A DNA stretch of 63,947 nt, filler included, from Octopus bimaculoides (lineage: Eukaryota), in assembly GCF_001194135.2 (NCBI RefSeq). It is 6 parts of 6 records of this genome, joined end to end, with 100 filler letters (N's around TTAATTAATTAA, not from the genome) between each part and the next. Parts side by side here need not be neighbours in the genome. Positions count along the whole stretch, not along the records: positions 62,766 to 63,947 come from NW_026376396.1; 5 more parts are not named here. One strand, 5' to 3'. Within the stretch, counting starts at the first letter, position 1, and the number at the start of each line of letters is the position of its first letter. A model generated the notes under the pieces. The model was given only the letters and a program-made list of their open reading frames with translations. It was not told where the DNA came from and did not search any database. The position numbers and the translations under genes are program-made. Shown in pieces: positions 63,281-63,947 of this stretch.

Positions 63281-63544
63281 GCATGAAACTCCTATCCATT
63301 TTCAAAATTGAAAAAGTCTCCCAAAATTCATGTCAGGCAATGTTGGATACTATAACTGAACTATTTACAAAGTGAAATCACATGTTTTCACGAATGTACT
63401 AATGGGATTTGTGTGGTACTCTTGGCCGGCTACGGCTGGGTTGGTCGTTTGAATCAGAAACCCTTTCAGCTGGCTGCAGCCAGGTTGGTATTGAAAGAGT
63501 TAATACTACTGCTTCTCAGTTGAGGTGTCTTGTGCTGTAAGTTA

Positions 63545-63685
63545 CTTTGTGACTTCAATGCTGTTAGGACTGGCATAAGAAAGTATATCCAGCTATAGAC
63601 ATCATACCAAAACAAACTCGGAGCTTGATGCTGTCAAGCTGTCCAACCCATGCCAGCATAGGAAATGGACATCAAATGATGATGT
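63545..63685 (+). mobile_element. SINE family D 3' fragment
   Basis: ctggcataagaaagtatatccagctatag...ccaacccatgccagcat...gacatcaaatgatgatg. Confidence 0.6.
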
Positions 63686-63699
63686 GTGTATATATGTAT

Positions 63700-63860
63700 T
63701 TTTGTTTGTCCTCATTACTGCTTGACAACCAGTGTTGGTTTGTTTACATCCCTGTAAAAGAGAGCAGGATGAAGAATAAGTCCCAGACTTGAAAGAAAAA
63801 GAAAGTACTGGAGTGAATTTGTTTGACTAATAATCCCTTCAAGGCCACAGTCAAATAATT
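63700..63860 (+). mobile_element. SINE family A-like 3' fragment
   Basis: gcttgacaaccagtgttggtttgtttacatccctgtaa...ggccacagtcaaat. Confidence 0.65.
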
Positions 63861-63947
63861 TTTCTTAGTTGTAACATTTTGATTGTTTCAAACCTTTTGT
63901 CTGTGATGATTCCTCTCTTTATGGTTGAAGAATAATGATAATCATAA

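Overview
Repeat-saturated, AT-rich eukaryotic non-coding DNA from a gappy short-read assembly. The SINE families and the microsatellite load match my recollection of Octopus (cephalopod) repeats; this is not verified by any search. I can support no host protein-coding exon, rRNA, functional tRNA gene or CRISPR array. The window is a mosaic of at least four SINE families, Tc1/mariner remnants (DD34D mariners, a DD37D maT, a DD41D/rosa-like copy), hAT, piggyBac, Helitron-like elements, CR1-, RTE- and R4-type LINE fragments, and several Penelope-like elements (PLEs). Best lead: minimal type-I hammerhead ribozyme (HHR) motifs recur in several unrelated PLE-type tails. One is a tRNA-headed, non-coding element present as a head-to-head inverted dimer with two identical, fully pairable HHRs (44096-44585). 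Another carries an A6U core variant (18557-18593). Also notable: a CR1-like LINE whose putative ORF1 combines a Myb/SANT-like domain with CCCH fingers, a SINE/LINE shared 3' stem-loop with a compensatory change, R4-type LINE ends sitting in TA/TATG microsatellites, and one clean 192-codon orphan frame cut by a scaffold join. Five 100-bp 44N-TTAATTAATTAA-44N spacers are assembly artefacts, so true adjacency across them is unproven. Most repeat boundaries are approximate (tens of bp).
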